A stretch of 26,314 nucleotides of DNA. Origin: a virus. Its lineage: Duplodnaviria; Caudoviricetes. Both the position numbers and the translations under genes were made by a program. The DNA is taken from positions 1 through 26,314 of IMG/VR virus record IMGVR_UViG_3300017777_007810; one strand, 5' to 3'. Under the pieces are notes generated by a model, which searched no databases, was not told the DNA's origin, and saw only the letters and a list, made by a program, of their open reading frames with translations. Shown one piece after another: positions 8,774 through 19,000 of this stretch. The first letter of the stretch is position 1; each line of letters begins with the position of its first letter.

Positions 8774-11700
8774 TTAGTAGCCTGTGTTGTTGCTCGTATT
8801 GTTGCTTGTATTGCTTGGTAGTGTCGTTGTTGGGTTACTTGGCGATGGGTTGCTTGGTAATGATGGACTTGGTGCTGGTTCTGATGTTGTGGTTGATGAG
8901 ATTGGATATAAATACTCGTGTGGTTCTGCTGTGTGCCTTTTTCCAACCATCAGTCCTTTGTCCTTATGTATATGATAATATCCTACGTAATCATCAGTTG
9001 TAGATGTTTTGTATTCGCCACCTGAAGTATATAAATTAATTGCCAGTTCTTCTGGCTGTGGTGGTTCAGGTGGTATAGTGACACTACCTACTTTAATCTG
9101 CTCAGCTGTATTAAATGCTTGTTCTATGTTGTATTTTTGTTTTTCTAATCCTAATACTGTGTATTGTGTTGGTGGTATACTATAGCTTGGATATTTATCT
9201 ACTTTTTCAACATTGTTTGCTGATATCATATACTTAATGCTCGTTATACCACATCTTGGATTACCGTACTTAGTTGTTCTTATACTATTGCTGTTACGCT
9301 GTCCAAACTCATTACTGTATATTTCATCTTTTGTCCAACCTTTTAATGCAGGATTTGTGTCATTTATCTGATCAGAGGTGTGTTCAAATATTATTTTAAT
9401 TTGCACTGATCGTGCTGTTTTTGGTATGATTGCTGTTAGTCCTACTCCAAACATGGCAGCTGCTCCTAAATCATATACTGCATTGTTTGAGTATGTTCTG
9501 TGTATAGGACTATTTTTTTTATTAAAGGTAGTGTTGTTTGGTGGATATGCCCCTCCATAAGTAGCAAAATCATAATTATTCATTAAAAAATTTGCATTTT
9601 TATCTGATACTTTATTGCTAATCCAGTCTTCAGTAAAGTTAATTCGTTGGTCTTTAAATTTTTGGTAAGGTCCTTGTATAAGCTGTGTTGTATCTAGCGT
9701 TGATGAATTCACTGTGTCGTATATAGTTGTCGCTGCATCGTCCTCTGAGGTAGCAAGACTATTAATTCCTTTTTGTAAAACACCACTACCAATTCCTTGA
9801 TTTACTCTATCCGATATTCCTCCTAAGAACCTCATACGAGTATATTGCTGACCAAATACTGTAATGAATGCATCTCCACCTACCATATACATTCCATTGT
9901 TTTGTAGTGATACGTTTTGTAGTTGTGGTTGTTTATATTTTTGAGGTATTTGATCTACTGCTGATTGTGATGTGTTGTAGAAATTAGTGTCTGTGTTTAG
10001 ACATTGGTATATTGGATACAATGTTAATGGAAAGAATGCTTTTTCTTTAATTGCCCATACGTCTTGTTCATTTGGTCCATTTATAGTTTCTGTTTTTATT
10101 GCAACATTTTGTGCATTATAATATGTCAGCTCTATTCTTGTCTTATCATACACTTTTGGTTGTATTTCTATGTCTGTAAATCTTTTTATACGATATTGCT
10201 TTTTTTCTTGTGCTGCTCTGTAATAAGCTGATTCTACATTTCGTAACCAATTAATCTTCACTAACTCTGTATAGCTGTTATACAACACTCTTGTTATAGC
10301 AATATATTTTTCATATAGTAAATTCCACATTTGTAACATTACTGGTGCTATAACGTCTCTACCGTGTGTAGCTGCGTCTGAACCTCCATCGTCATTTATG
10401 TGATACCAATTTGTCCATTTATTGTCTTTATAATTTGTTTTAATTATATCTTTTTTTATAGCAAAACGACTATTTGCGTTATTTCTTACATAGTTACCAA
10501 TTTCTTGTAGATCAAATGCAAATTCTGCACCTAGTACAGCTTTTACATCACCACTTTGTAAGTAATCTTTTGCCTCATCAAAAACAACTCTTAGTAGATA
10601 CCAATTTTGATATAAATCGTCAGCTGCTAATACACCCAAATCGTGAGCATCTTTAAATGAACTTTCATTTACAGTAGATCCTATTAATTTGTTTATTGCA
10701 CCAAATAAAACTCTAGTTGGTGCTAAAAATCCAGTAAGTATTGCTTGTGCTACAGCTCCTGCTCTTGCAGATCCTGAGGCTGATGAGTCAAACGCTCTTC
10801 CAGGTGCTACTAATTTTAAAAGGTCTGCTGTAAGCCACTTTTCTTTATGGTACTCCGGTGTAATGCCATTTGCAATTTGTGTGCTTGTATCATTAATACA
10901 CCAAGTAGCTGATGGTGTTGATATAGGGCCTACATACTTACGTCGTGATACATATTCTGGATTGGGGACGGTTTTGGGGTATGGTCTACCCGTGTCATTA
11001 AATTTAATTATTATTTTAGTAGCACTCCCTCCTTCTGTCACATACTGAGGAGTTGCATTATTGTTTGGAAAAACGCCTTGTTTGATTATTGGTATGCCAA
11101 AAGTATTAGGTTGGTCGGGTGGTACTAAAAGGTAGGTGTTTGATCCTAATGTTAAAGTTGATTCTGTACTTGTGTTGGGATTGTAATTTGAGAAAGATTT
11201 GTTTGGTGCTGCGTTGGGATCTAAAAATCTTGTATAAAAAGCCTGTCTTATTTTTTTTAATTCTTCTATTTGTGCATTTAAGCTTGTTTGGGAGTATAAG
11301 TTTGATGGAGATATTGATGCTAACACCTCACTATATTTACTTCCTGTCCCATTAGTGCTTGAATTCTTATTATGGTATTTGTAAGTTCCATTACTATCCG
11401 ATCCCGAAACACCATAATATATATTCCAATCTAATGAAGGATCACTTCTCCACTCTTCATTAAACTCGTATTTATAGGCTTCATAATCAGCCACATAGTA
11501 GTTAGTTGTTGTTGGTTCTGTTTTACCCTCTTCTTGAAATTTTATTTTATAATCTGTTATACCAGCTCCAACATATGCAAAAAACTGTCCTGTTGCATGT
11601 GTTATACCATAAGCATTTCCATCAATAATGTCTGCTATATCGGTTAAGTCTACTGTTTGTGTTAAACTAGTTTCAGCTTTTCCACCTTTATTTAAAAATT

Positions 11701-12736
11701 TTATTTTATCTCTTGTAAAATAAAAAGGAGATGGTGCATCACTATACTCTTGTGTTAATCCAACAATTTTATAAGTATCGTTTTTATTGTATTTATCCAT
11801 CCAAGCCAATCCAGGAAAAAAGCCTGCTGTGGTATTGTAATCGTTTGTGTTGTAGTCTTCGTTTGGTATTATTTGTGGTATAGAGCCTCCTTCTGAATAC
11901 CATCTTTCATGCTCATTTAGTGCAATTCCAGCTGACAATCCTTTTATATAAGGTTTACCAAAAGCTTCATTTAAAACATTAGCTACTGCTTTTCTTTTTG
12001 TATATAGTCTGTGAAACATGCCATAATGATTTCCAATTGAAAATCTAAATTCTGGTAGTATTGGTCCATCTATCTCTGCTATAATTCCACCTATTCTAAA
12101 ACTGCTAAATTGTGGTTCTATGTTTTTATCAAATTTAGGTGTGTGAAAAGGTAATGTTTTTATGTCTGCATCTGTGGTCCATCCTGTTAGGCCATTTTCA
12201 CCACTACCATTAATTATGAGATTTTTATATAGTTTTGGATGCTCGTAAGGATCTATTACATCAATTCTAAATGGACTACTTGTTGTTGTACCATATAGAT
12301 TAGAAACTTCACATATATACTGTCCTGTGGTTTGGTAGTCACTAGTCAGTTGAACAATGTTAGTGCCACGCTTGTTGTTTAAATTGTTTAATTGGCTTAT
12401 TGGTGCGCCATCTTTTTTCCATACATAAGATATTATATTTGGTATGTTTGGATTACTTGGCAATGAGTTGTCTTGTACTTCAATATTAAACTCTATAACT
12501 GTCCCTTGTAACACGCTTACAACAGGCCGATTTGGTTTTATTTGTTGATATTTTATTATGTCTCCTCCAAAGTCTACTGTATTGCTTGCTGCCAGCCAAG
12601 TTTTTTGTTTAATAGTAAATATAGGTTGTCTTACTACAAGTGGTGGTATTAAGTCTACTGGTAGTAGATTAAATGGACTACTGCGATTTATGTCGTTTGT
12701 CTGGTATGGATTTAGTATTATTGTCTGTATACTCAT
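8774..12736 (-). CDS. Ig-like + galactose-binding-fold protein, 1320 aa, putative adhesin/receptor-binding protein
   Basis: Ig motifs SYVWKKDG...TGQYICEVSNLYG; then KNLIINGSGENGLTGW and LTQTVDL typical of CBM4_9/FBA-like jelly rolls; Pro/Ser/Asn-rich C-terminal tail. Confidence 0.65.
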   Translation of the reverse strand: MSIQTIILNPYQTNDINRSSPFNLLPVDLIPPLVVRQPIFTIKQKTWLAASNTVDFGGDIIKYQQIKPNRPVVSVLQGTVIEFNIEVQDNSLPSNPNIPNIISYVWKKDGAPISQLNNLNNKRGTNIVQLTSDYQTTGQYICEVSNLYGTTTSSPFRIDVIDPYEHPKLYKNLIINGSGENGLTGWTTDADIKTLPFHTPKFDKNIEPQFSSFRIGGIIAEIDGPILPEFRFSIGNHYGMFHRLYTKRKAVANVLNEAFGKPYIKGLSAGIALNEHERWYSEGGSIPQIIPNEDYNTNDYNTTAGFFPGLAWMDKYNKNDTYKIVGLTQEYSDAPSPFYFTRDKIKFLNKGGKAETSLTQTVDLTDIADIIDGNAYGITHATGQFFAYVGAGITDYKIKFQEEGKTEPTTTNYYVADYEAYKYEFNEEWRSDPSLDWNIYYGVSGSDSNGTYKYHNKNSSTNGTGSKYSEVLASISPSNLYSQTSLNAQIEELKKIRQAFYTRFLDPNAAPNKSFSNYNPNTSTESTLTLGSNTYLLVPPDQPNTFGIPIIKQGVFPNNNATPQYVTEGGSATKIIIKFNDTGRPYPKTVPNPEYVSRRKYVGPISTPSATWCINDTSTQIANGITPEYHKEKWLTADLLKLVAPGRAFDSSASGSARAGAVAQAILTGFLAPTRVLFGAINKLIGSTVNESSFKDAHDLGVLAADDLYQNWYLLRVVFDEAKDYLQSGDVKAVLGAEFAFDLQEIGNYVRNNANSRFAIKKDIIKTNYKDNKWTNWYHINDDGGSDAATHGRDVIAPVMLQMWNLLYEKYIAITRVLYNSYTELVKINWLRNVESAYYRAAQEKKQYRIKRFTDIEIQPKVYDKTRIELTYYNAQNVAIKTETINGPNEQDVWAIKEKAFFPLTLYPIYQCLNTDTNFYNTSQSAVDQIPQKYKQPQLQNVSLQNNGMYMVGGDAFITVFGQQYTRMRFLGGISDRVNQGIGSGVLQKGINSLATSEDDAATTIYDTVNSSTLDTTQLIQGPYQKFKDQRINFTEDWISNKVSDKNANFLMNNYDFATYGGAYPPNNTTFNKKNSPIHRTYSNNAVYDLGAAAMFGVGLTAIIPKTARSVQIKIIFEHTSDQINDTNPALKGWTKDEIYSNEFGQRNSNSIRTTKYGNPRCGITSIKYMISANNVEKVDKYPSYSIPPTQYTVLGLEKQKYNIEQAFNTAEQIKVGSVTIPPEPPQPEELAINLYTSGGEYKTSTTDDYVGYYHIHKDKGLMVGKRHTAEPHEYLYPISSTTTSEPAPSPSLPSNPSPSNPTTTLPSNTSNNTSNNTGY

Positions 12737-12740
12737 CTAT

Positions 12741-12748
12741 TATAAATA
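12741..12748 (-). promoter_or_regulatory. TATTTATA element, candidate phage late promoter
   Basis: 4 nt upstream of ATG at 12736 within a 27-nt gap. Confidence 0.55.
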
Positions 12749-12763
12749 GGTTGAGTTATTAAA

Positions 12764-15154
12764 TTATGAAAATGTTCCAGGTACCTCCAATGATGTTATG
12801 TTTATTGGGCTTTCGTCTTTGAGGTGAGATGGAATTCGATATGCTGACGTAGATACTGTTTGGTTGGCAGTGGTTTGGGTTTCTGTTTGTATTGGTAGAG
12901 TTTTTACTAAAACTTGTATTTGTTGTTTTTCTTGTGACGGTGGTATTGTGGTAACATATCTGGTAACTTTGTATGCATATTGTGGGTAGTTCATAAAAAA
13001 ACCACTTATTATGTTGCCGTTGACATCTTTTGTATATCTACCATCTAGCAATGCTGCTTTTGTTATGTTGTTTAAATCAAGTATTGTTGTGTTTATGTTA
13101 GTTGTTGCATCTCCTGTTTCAATCTTAAACGTATCAGTGAGGTCTGTCCAGTGCTTTATGTTAATTTTCCAATTTACTTTTATGGTAGGTGGATTTGGGT
13201 TTGACCCACTGGTTGTTGTATTAGATCCTGTTGTTTGTGGAACGGTTGGAAGTGGTGGTGGTGGGTCGTTTAGTGTAGATGGTACAAATGCAGGTGGTAT
13301 GCTTTCGTTTATAGTTAATGCTATTCTTGTATTATAGTCGTTTAATTCTGCATTCTCACTGTATATCGGCATTAAGCTAAGGTTAAGTCCTGTTACCATT
13401 CCACGTGGATCTTGAGCACGTCTTAGTAGTGTTGTAAAGTCTTTATTTTCATTGCCACGTAGGTTTTGCAAAAGATTAAGTATAGTGTCGTTATCAACAA
13501 GTTTCCACACTGTTTGTTTAGCATATTTTTGATAATAACGAAATTCAAATGTATCTTCTGACAAAGCTTCTATAGCTTCTTTCCATCTTTCGTTTACTAG
13601 ATTGTCTACATCCGTTGTTTCAAAATTTAATGTAATTCTTATTTTTGTTGTTTTGTCGTTTAGTTGGCTAATTATTGCCTTATTAAACTGTATGTGTTGA
13701 CCATATGTATATCTTTCTTTTTGATCTGGTATTATTTGATCGGCTGCTCGTAGTATTGCATCACTTCTATCACCTGATGATGGATTAGGTCCTGTGTAAT
13801 ATCTTACACCTGTGTTATTAGCTTCTACTGTATTATACCATGGATCATAAAGCTTTATTAATTCTTTTGATGTGTTTGTTGTTTCAGGCCATGGATCATT
13901 TTCTGTGGAGTTTGCACCTTGTTGATGTGATTTGTTTAAATCTTGTGTTGTACTAGGTAGCCTATTTTCATTATCATACTCTTCTACAGTTACATAAACT
14001 TTTTCCCATAACAATCCAGGACCAGCATAATTAAAATTTTCTGCACTTATTCTTGCGTATACGTTTCCTGGCCAGTAGTTTGAAATGTCAGTTCGATTAT
14101 TACTTTGCAACATTGTGTCAGTTGGTATGTAGTTTGATATTGCATTACCTATATAACAACTAAAGAATGCTCTGACACCTGTTATGCCGTACACACCACC
14201 TCTTATGTGAGCTTGTAGATCTATTAGATCTATGTCTTGGTATGCCTTAACTGTTAGCAAGCCGTCGTTACTAATGTACTTAAATCGTGTTCGTGTAAAA
14301 TAGTGTGGTGTTTTTTGACCAGTCACAGTACTTGTATAGCTGTCTATTAGTGGGCTGTAGTCTAGTTGATATGGTCTTGGATGCATCATATCAACTGTGT
14401 AACCAAACTGATCTACATTGGTTGGTATTTTAAATTCTACCGATTTTTCTGCTGTTATAAAAGGCTTTGTTGTTAGTTCGTCGTTTGTACTTTCCCAATC
14501 CTCAGTACCAAGATCTCCGTTTGGATTTTTAATAATATTTCTAAAGTAAAATCCATCTTCATTCACATTAACTACTTCTATTGTACACTCGTCACTACTT
14601 GTTGTTCCAGAATCGTTTGTTGCATCACAACTGTAAGTTCCTGCGTGGGTTGGTTGTATATTGTTAAATGTTAGGGTGTTGTTTGTTATTGTTATGTTTC
14701 CATCAAGTGATGTAAGTGTGCTCGTCTCAATTTCTTCACCATCTTTAAACCAAATATAGGTTATGCCAACTAGTGGTGGTATAACTGTTGGTATTCCATT
14801 TTCAATATTTAATGCATCTGGTTGTTCTGCTGTTACCGATAACGAAAAGGTTGTGTCTTTTAATACTTTAATAGTTCTGTCACTTGTTTGATATAGTCTT
14901 GGAGGTGCTGTTATGTTCTCAATAAAGTTAAATGGATCTTTGTATTTTGGTGGGTATGGAATTGTTGGTGGGGTTGTGTTGTCGGTTATGGATGTAGTAA
15001 ATTTTGGTGTATTGTTTGTATCAATTGGTAGTATGCTATATAGTGTTTGGTTTTCATCAACAATAGATTGATTATAAGGCAGCATGCTGCTTGTAACCGC
15101 TGTTACTATGTTGTCTCCAAGATCACCTACTAACGATCCATCCCTATTTCTCAT
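12764..15154 (-). CDS. Ig-like + galactose-binding-fold protein, 796 aa, paralog of 8774-12736
   Basis: Clear I-set Ig motifs TYIWFKDG...TLTFNNIQPTHAGTYSCDATN; RNIIKNPNGDLGTEDW and YQDIDL; start overlaps upstream stop (TAATG). Confidence 0.7.
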   Translation of the reverse strand: MRNRDGSLVGDLGDNIVTAVTSSMLPYNQSIVDENQTLYSILPIDTNNTPKFTTSITDNTTPPTIPYPPKYKDPFNFIENITAPPRLYQTSDRTIKVLKDTTFSLSVTAEQPDALNIENGIPTVIPPLVGITYIWFKDGEEIETSTLTSLDGNITITNNTLTFNNIQPTHAGTYSCDATNDSGTTSSDECTIEVVNVNEDGFYFRNIIKNPNGDLGTEDWESTNDELTTKPFITAEKSVEFKIPTNVDQFGYTVDMMHPRPYQLDYSPLIDSYTSTVTGQKTPHYFTRTRFKYISNDGLLTVKAYQDIDLIDLQAHIRGGVYGITGVRAFFSCYIGNAISNYIPTDTMLQSNNRTDISNYWPGNVYARISAENFNYAGPGLLWEKVYVTVEEYDNENRLPSTTQDLNKSHQQGANSTENDPWPETTNTSKELIKLYDPWYNTVEANNTGVRYYTGPNPSSGDRSDAILRAADQIIPDQKERYTYGQHIQFNKAIISQLNDKTTKIRITLNFETTDVDNLVNERWKEAIEALSEDTFEFRYYQKYAKQTVWKLVDNDTILNLLQNLRGNENKDFTTLLRRAQDPRGMVTGLNLSLMPIYSENAELNDYNTRIALTINESIPPAFVPSTLNDPPPPLPTVPQTTGSNTTTSGSNPNPPTIKVNWKINIKHWTDLTDTFKIETGDATTNINTTILDLNNITKAALLDGRYTKDVNGNIISGFFMNYPQYAYKVTRYVTTIPPSQEKQQIQVLVKTLPIQTETQTTANQTVSTSAYRIPSHLKDESPINITSLEVPGTFS

Positions 15155-16248
15155 TATCCACGAGTAACTTTAAAAATATAATTATTGTCGTATATTTGGT
15201 ATGCTGAGCTTGATCCTGAGTTAGGAACTTTGAATAATAATTTGTAGTATCTTTCTGGTTGAAAACTATCTAAATGTAATTTTATGTAGTTACTTGTATT
15301 ATCGGCACTTAGTTTAGTGTAATCACTAAAACCTATCACTACATCATCACTTTGAGCACTATACACAGCATACTGTGTTCCTGTTGGTAGTCTGTATCTT
15401 GTTAAATAACCAGATGCGGTTTCAAAGGTATCTACTGGAAACTTATATCTTGCTGATAATCTTATTACAGGAGTTGATGTTTCTGTGTATGAGTGTTTTA
15501 AGTTAATAGGTATAATGTTCATATCCTCATCTGTGTTTATAAGTGATAAGGATCCTGTTACTATGCTATCATCAAACTTTGCTTCTAATACTGGTAGGTA
15601 AACTGTGTGAGTGTCTTTGCTAAAAAATTTTAAGCTATTAAATATGTTTGTTGATGATTCATCTGTTGGGCTTTTTTTTATAATAAACCCTTTAAAGCTT
15701 ATTGAGCTTGATTGTATTTGCCGAATAATACTAGTTACATCTATGTCAACATCAGACGTTGTGTAGCTAAATGATTGTGATGCTATACTTCCTGTATACC
15801 AAGTACCACCACCAGGAGTTGTTGTGTATGATGCTGTTGCGTTTGCTGCAAAAGAGCCTGTTTGCCAAGCGCTTGTTAAATCGTCTGCTGATGTCTTGTA
15901 TGTCCAACTAGCTCCAGTAGTTGTTTCTGGATAGTTGCCATACCTTCCAACACCCATACTCCAACTACTGCTTATTGGATAACAGTATAGTGTGTAGTCA
16001 GTAGGTATTTCGTTTGCTTCAGTTAAATATAATTTTAAACTATAATTAAATAATTTGTCGTTATATCCTAATGAAGAAATGCTTTGAGAAATTGCTGGAT
16101 AATCAAAGTCTAACAGTACTCTAGAGTTGTAGCTGCTAGAACCGATTATTGTTTTGTTAATATCTAACACAGCATCTAACCCAGTATTTTTTTGTGGATA
16201 CTGTTCGTATATTGTTGTGTCTTTGGTTGGATAAAATCTCAATATCAT
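15154..16248 (-). CDS. DNRLRE-domain-like virion protein
   Basis: KDTTIYE..P.KNTG, SRVLLDFD, LKLY, DVTSII, GFII, FFSKD....PVLE follow the DNRLRE-type beta-sandwich pattern; directly downstream of the gp6-like gene. Confidence 0.55.
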   Translation of the reverse strand: MILRFYPTKDTTIYEQYPQKNTGLDAVLDINKTIIGSSSYNSRVLLDFDYPAISQSISSLGYNDKLFNYSLKLYLTEANEIPTDYTLYCYPISSSWSMGVGRYGNYPETTTGASWTYKTSADDLTSAWQTGSFAANATASYTTTPGGGTWYTGSIASQSFSYTTSDVDIDVTSIIRQIQSSSISFKGFIIKKSPTDESSTNIFNSLKFFSKDTHTVYLPVLEAKFDDSIVTGSLSLINTDEDMNIIPINLKHSYTETSTPVIRLSARYKFPVDTFETASGYLTRYRLPTGTQYAVYSAQSDDVVIGFSDYTKLSADNTSNYIKLHLDSFQPERYYKLLFKVPNSGSSSAYQIYDNNYIFKVTRG

Positions 16249-16250
16249 AA

Positions 16251-18128
16251 TTAAAATGTTGCTATACGTCCTTTAATGTCTAAGTTAGGGTACCTTACTT
16301 CAAATATAGATGGATCTAAACTCGGATAAATAATACCGTTTTTTGTTGCTAATTCAATATTGTATGTTATATTACTATATCCTAATTGTTGTTGATTTTT
16401 GTTTATTATATTTATGTTTGTTACAGTTTGTACGCCACTTGTTGATAGTATTAATGCAAATATGTCACTTATTATTATTGGTTGATTTATTTGCCAATTA
16501 TCAATACTAAACAGTGTTTTTACAGATTGTATTACTTTTAATAGTACTTCGTTTGAATTGCTACTAGGTATTGTTATTATTTCAAAATCAATGCCAATAT
16601 TAATCACATAAGCATCTCTAATATTAATGCTGTCGGTTAACATCCTATATTGACTTATGTATGTTTTTAAATTATCTTTTATTGCTCTGTTTGCATTTAC
16701 TAATAATTTGTTACTATCATAACTCAATACATACATATTCATTGCTAGTGGATTTGTAATTTGTGTACTTGTTTGTGATGTTTCTATGCGATTTTGCTCA
16801 TCTGGGTTTATGTAAACTTTAGCCACACTTCCTTGTGTTGTTGGCATCGAATAAGCTCGTATAATATAATCCTCTCTAGTTACAGCTCGGTTTTGTGATG
16901 ATAATTGAGCTATAGCATTTTGTCTTATTTCATCAATTGTTTCACCACTACGACCTCCTACTGCTCCTGTTGGATTATTTACTACAACGGAATTTATTAT
17001 TGTAGTGTTGAGGGTTGGTGTGTTTGGTGGTAAGTTTGAGTTTGCTGTGTTTATGCTTATTATTTCGTTTATTGTACTGCTTGGTACATTTGATTGTATT
17101 CCTCCACCAATAAGATATCTTATTGTGAGTGTTGTATTAGATGGAACAAGGCCATATGTTGACGTATAGACTGGTGATGTTGGGTCAATTGAAAAGTCTA
17201 TATCTGGTTTACCTGTTGGTAAAGATAGTCCAATATTTTCTGGTGTAGCCAATAATTCTTCATCTGGTGAAGAGCTAATACCAGCGCCAAATTGTATCTC
17301 CAAATCTTCACCAACTGCTCTGGATATAAATCTTCTTGGAACACGTTTTAGTTTAAGTAAGTATGGTGTTTCTGCACTATACACTGATGCATCTGGGTCA
17401 TTAAAGGCTGTGTTTTGTACTTGCTCAAATATAGTATCTTGTGCTAAATATGGTACCTCGTACCACGTATTACCATCAGAGTCTGTTACATCTTGTATGC
17501 CTATAATGTTAGCTGCGGTTAATATTGTTTTGTAAAATTTAGTTGGTGCGCCTATTTCAACAGTTGTTTCAACTATTCTTGCAGATATAGCTTTAGCTGT
17601 TTTTTTGGCTAAGTAATATGTAGGAGCTCCATATTCATCTAAGCTATATACAGAAATCTCTCTTGATTCATATATATTGTCTAATTTAAAGTCTACAGCG
17701 TCTTGTATAATAAACTCTGTGCTTGCTATTGAACTCCTAACCTGCATTCCTGCTTCAATCTTTAATGCATAGTTTAAATCTGCAGATGAGCTGACTCCAC
17801 TACCTGAAGCTGGTAGTAATTGAAAAATGTCTATGTCAACTACAGATGGTACGCTTATTTTAGGTTTGTACCCCATTGCAGCTGCCATCATCATTACATT
17901 GTTTTTTTCAGTTGATTGTAGTATTAATGATTCTTTTAATTGTGAGTCAATATAGTAGTTTAAAACATCACCCACATAAGATGCCATTTCAATAAACATC
18001 ATTCCTGGTGATGCTTCATTGAAATCATTGTATGTATTTGGATAGTATATTTTAGCAAACTCAATAAGTCCTTGTTTTAAAGAATCAAAGTCTCTATCTA
18101 AATACCGTATATCTTTTGATGTTGCCAT
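16251..18128 (-). CDS. Baseplate wedge protein, T4 gp6 / baseplate J-like
   Basis: DFDSLKQGL..F, DFNEASPGMMFIEMASYVGDVLNYYID, MGYKP, IQFG.G, GG..GETIDEIR, QNRAVTREDY; adjacent to gp25-like gene. Confidence 0.9.
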   Translation of the reverse strand: MATSKDIRYLDRDFDSLKQGLIEFAKIYYPNTYNDFNEASPGMMFIEMASYVGDVLNYYIDSQLKESLILQSTEKNNVMMMAAAMGYKPKISVPSVVDIDIFQLLPASGSGVSSSADLNYALKIEAGMQVRSSIASTEFIIQDAVDFKLDNIYESREISVYSLDEYGAPTYYLAKKTAKAISARIVETTVEIGAPTKFYKTILTAANIIGIQDVTDSDGNTWYEVPYLAQDTIFEQVQNTAFNDPDASVYSAETPYLLKLKRVPRRFISRAVGEDLEIQFGAGISSSPDEELLATPENIGLSLPTGKPDIDFSIDPTSPVYTSTYGLVPSNTTLTIRYLIGGGIQSNVPSSTINEIISINTANSNLPPNTPTLNTTIINSVVVNNPTGAVGGRSGETIDEIRQNAIAQLSSQNRAVTREDYIIRAYSMPTTQGSVAKVYINPDEQNRIETSQTSTQITNPLAMNMYVLSYDSNKLLVNANRAIKDNLKTYISQYRMLTDSINIRDAYVINIGIDFEIITIPSSNSNEVLLKVIQSVKTLFSIDNWQINQPIIISDIFALILSTSGVQTVTNINIINKNQQQLGYSNITYNIELATKNGIIYPSLDPSIFEVRYPNLDIKGRIATF

Positions 18129-18132
18129 TTTC

Positions 18133-18543
18133 TTATGCGTTTATTGTTACGTTTATAGATCTAGTATCTATTTTATTATTTACTAAGCTTATTACCATGT
18201 CTATTTGTAATATATGCTCGTTTGGTTTTGTTGTAACGTTTAATCTATTAATGTTGATATATGGTAGCCAAAACTTAAAATTTTCAGTGATATTTGTTTC
18301 TGTTAGGGTTTGTGTTTCTGTGGTTAGATTTTCAAATAGCAAACTTCTTAAACTACAACCAAAGTTAGGTTGCATTATTCTCTCGCCTTTTTCGGTTAAT
18401 AATAGGTTTTTAGCATTTGAATATGCTTGATCTATTGTTAAATAGTTTAAATTAAAAATAGCACCAACTTCTTGCATTAATGGTACAGCTATGCCAATGG
18501 CTATATCTGGATTTAAGTCTATTGGATTTATTCGAATGGCCAT
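18133..18543 (-). CDS. Baseplate wedge / sheath initiator, T4 gp25 / gpW-like
   Basis: KNLLLTEKGERIMQPNFGCSLRSLLFE is the gp25/gpW signature; 136 aa. Confidence 0.92.
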   Translation of the reverse strand: MAIRINPIDLNPDIAIGIAVPLMQEVGAIFNLNYLTIDQAYSNAKNLLLTEKGERIMQPNFGCSLRSLLFENLTTETQTLTETNITENFKFWLPYININRLNVTTKPNEHILQIDMVISLVNNKIDTRSINVTINA

Positions 18544-18971
18544 TAAGATCTATAATTATTATTTGCTATTTGTTCAGCTGTTTTTAAAACCTTAGAGTAA
18601 TCTTTCATAAATGCTTCTGTTGGATCGTTACTCATTGCTGCTCTCATATTAGTACGTCCCATAGAAGCTGGTACATCCTCTGATGTCATCATTCCCATAT
18701 TCATTTCTGGCCATTCTTCCTCTTCTTCAGATGGAGCGGATTGCATGCTTCGTGCAGTTTCTTCTAATATGGACTTTAATGGTCCTTCAAATTGTACAAG
18801 TGGTTGTGTTCTTTGTGGTCTTGCAATTTGTGTTGTTGGTTTTTTTGTAACTGTTGGTTGTTGCTTTTCCATGAGTAGTGGCTTAATTGCTTTTAGCTCT
18901 TCTCTTACGACAGTTCTTACTTCTTCGCGAATAACTTTTCGCATTAGATTTATAAATTCTGATCCTTTCAT
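18543..18971 (-). CDS. Hypothetical protein
   Basis: ATG start, TAATG coupling to gp25-like gene, N-terminal RKVIREEVRTVVREEL helix; function unknown. Confidence 0.7.
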   Translation of the reverse strand: MKGSEFINLMRKVIREEVRTVVREELKAIKPLLMEKQQPTVTKKPTTQIARPQRTQPLVQFEGPLKSILEETARSMQSAPSEEEEEWPEMNMGMMTSEDVPASMGRTNMRAAMSNDPTEAFMKDYSKVLKTAEQIANNNYRS

Positions 18972-18981
18972 GTTGTTTATA

Positions 18982-18989
18982 TATAAATA
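18982..18989 (-). promoter_or_regulatory. TATTTATA element, candidate phage late promoter
   Basis: 10 nt upstream of ATG at 18971 within a 29-nt gap. Confidence 0.55.
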
Positions 18990-19000
18990 GTTGTATTTTA

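Noticed and set aside
8774-15154. Diversity-generating retroelement targets or eukaryotic F-box origin
   Set aside because: No template/variable repeat pair or reverse transcriptase noticed; no F-box motif, and resemblance to FBA is at shared-fold motif level only.
2308-18989. Canonical T4 late promoters driving plus-strand genes
   Set aside because: No credible plus-strand genes; sites track minus-strand start codons. Antisense transcription cannot be excluded without RNA data.
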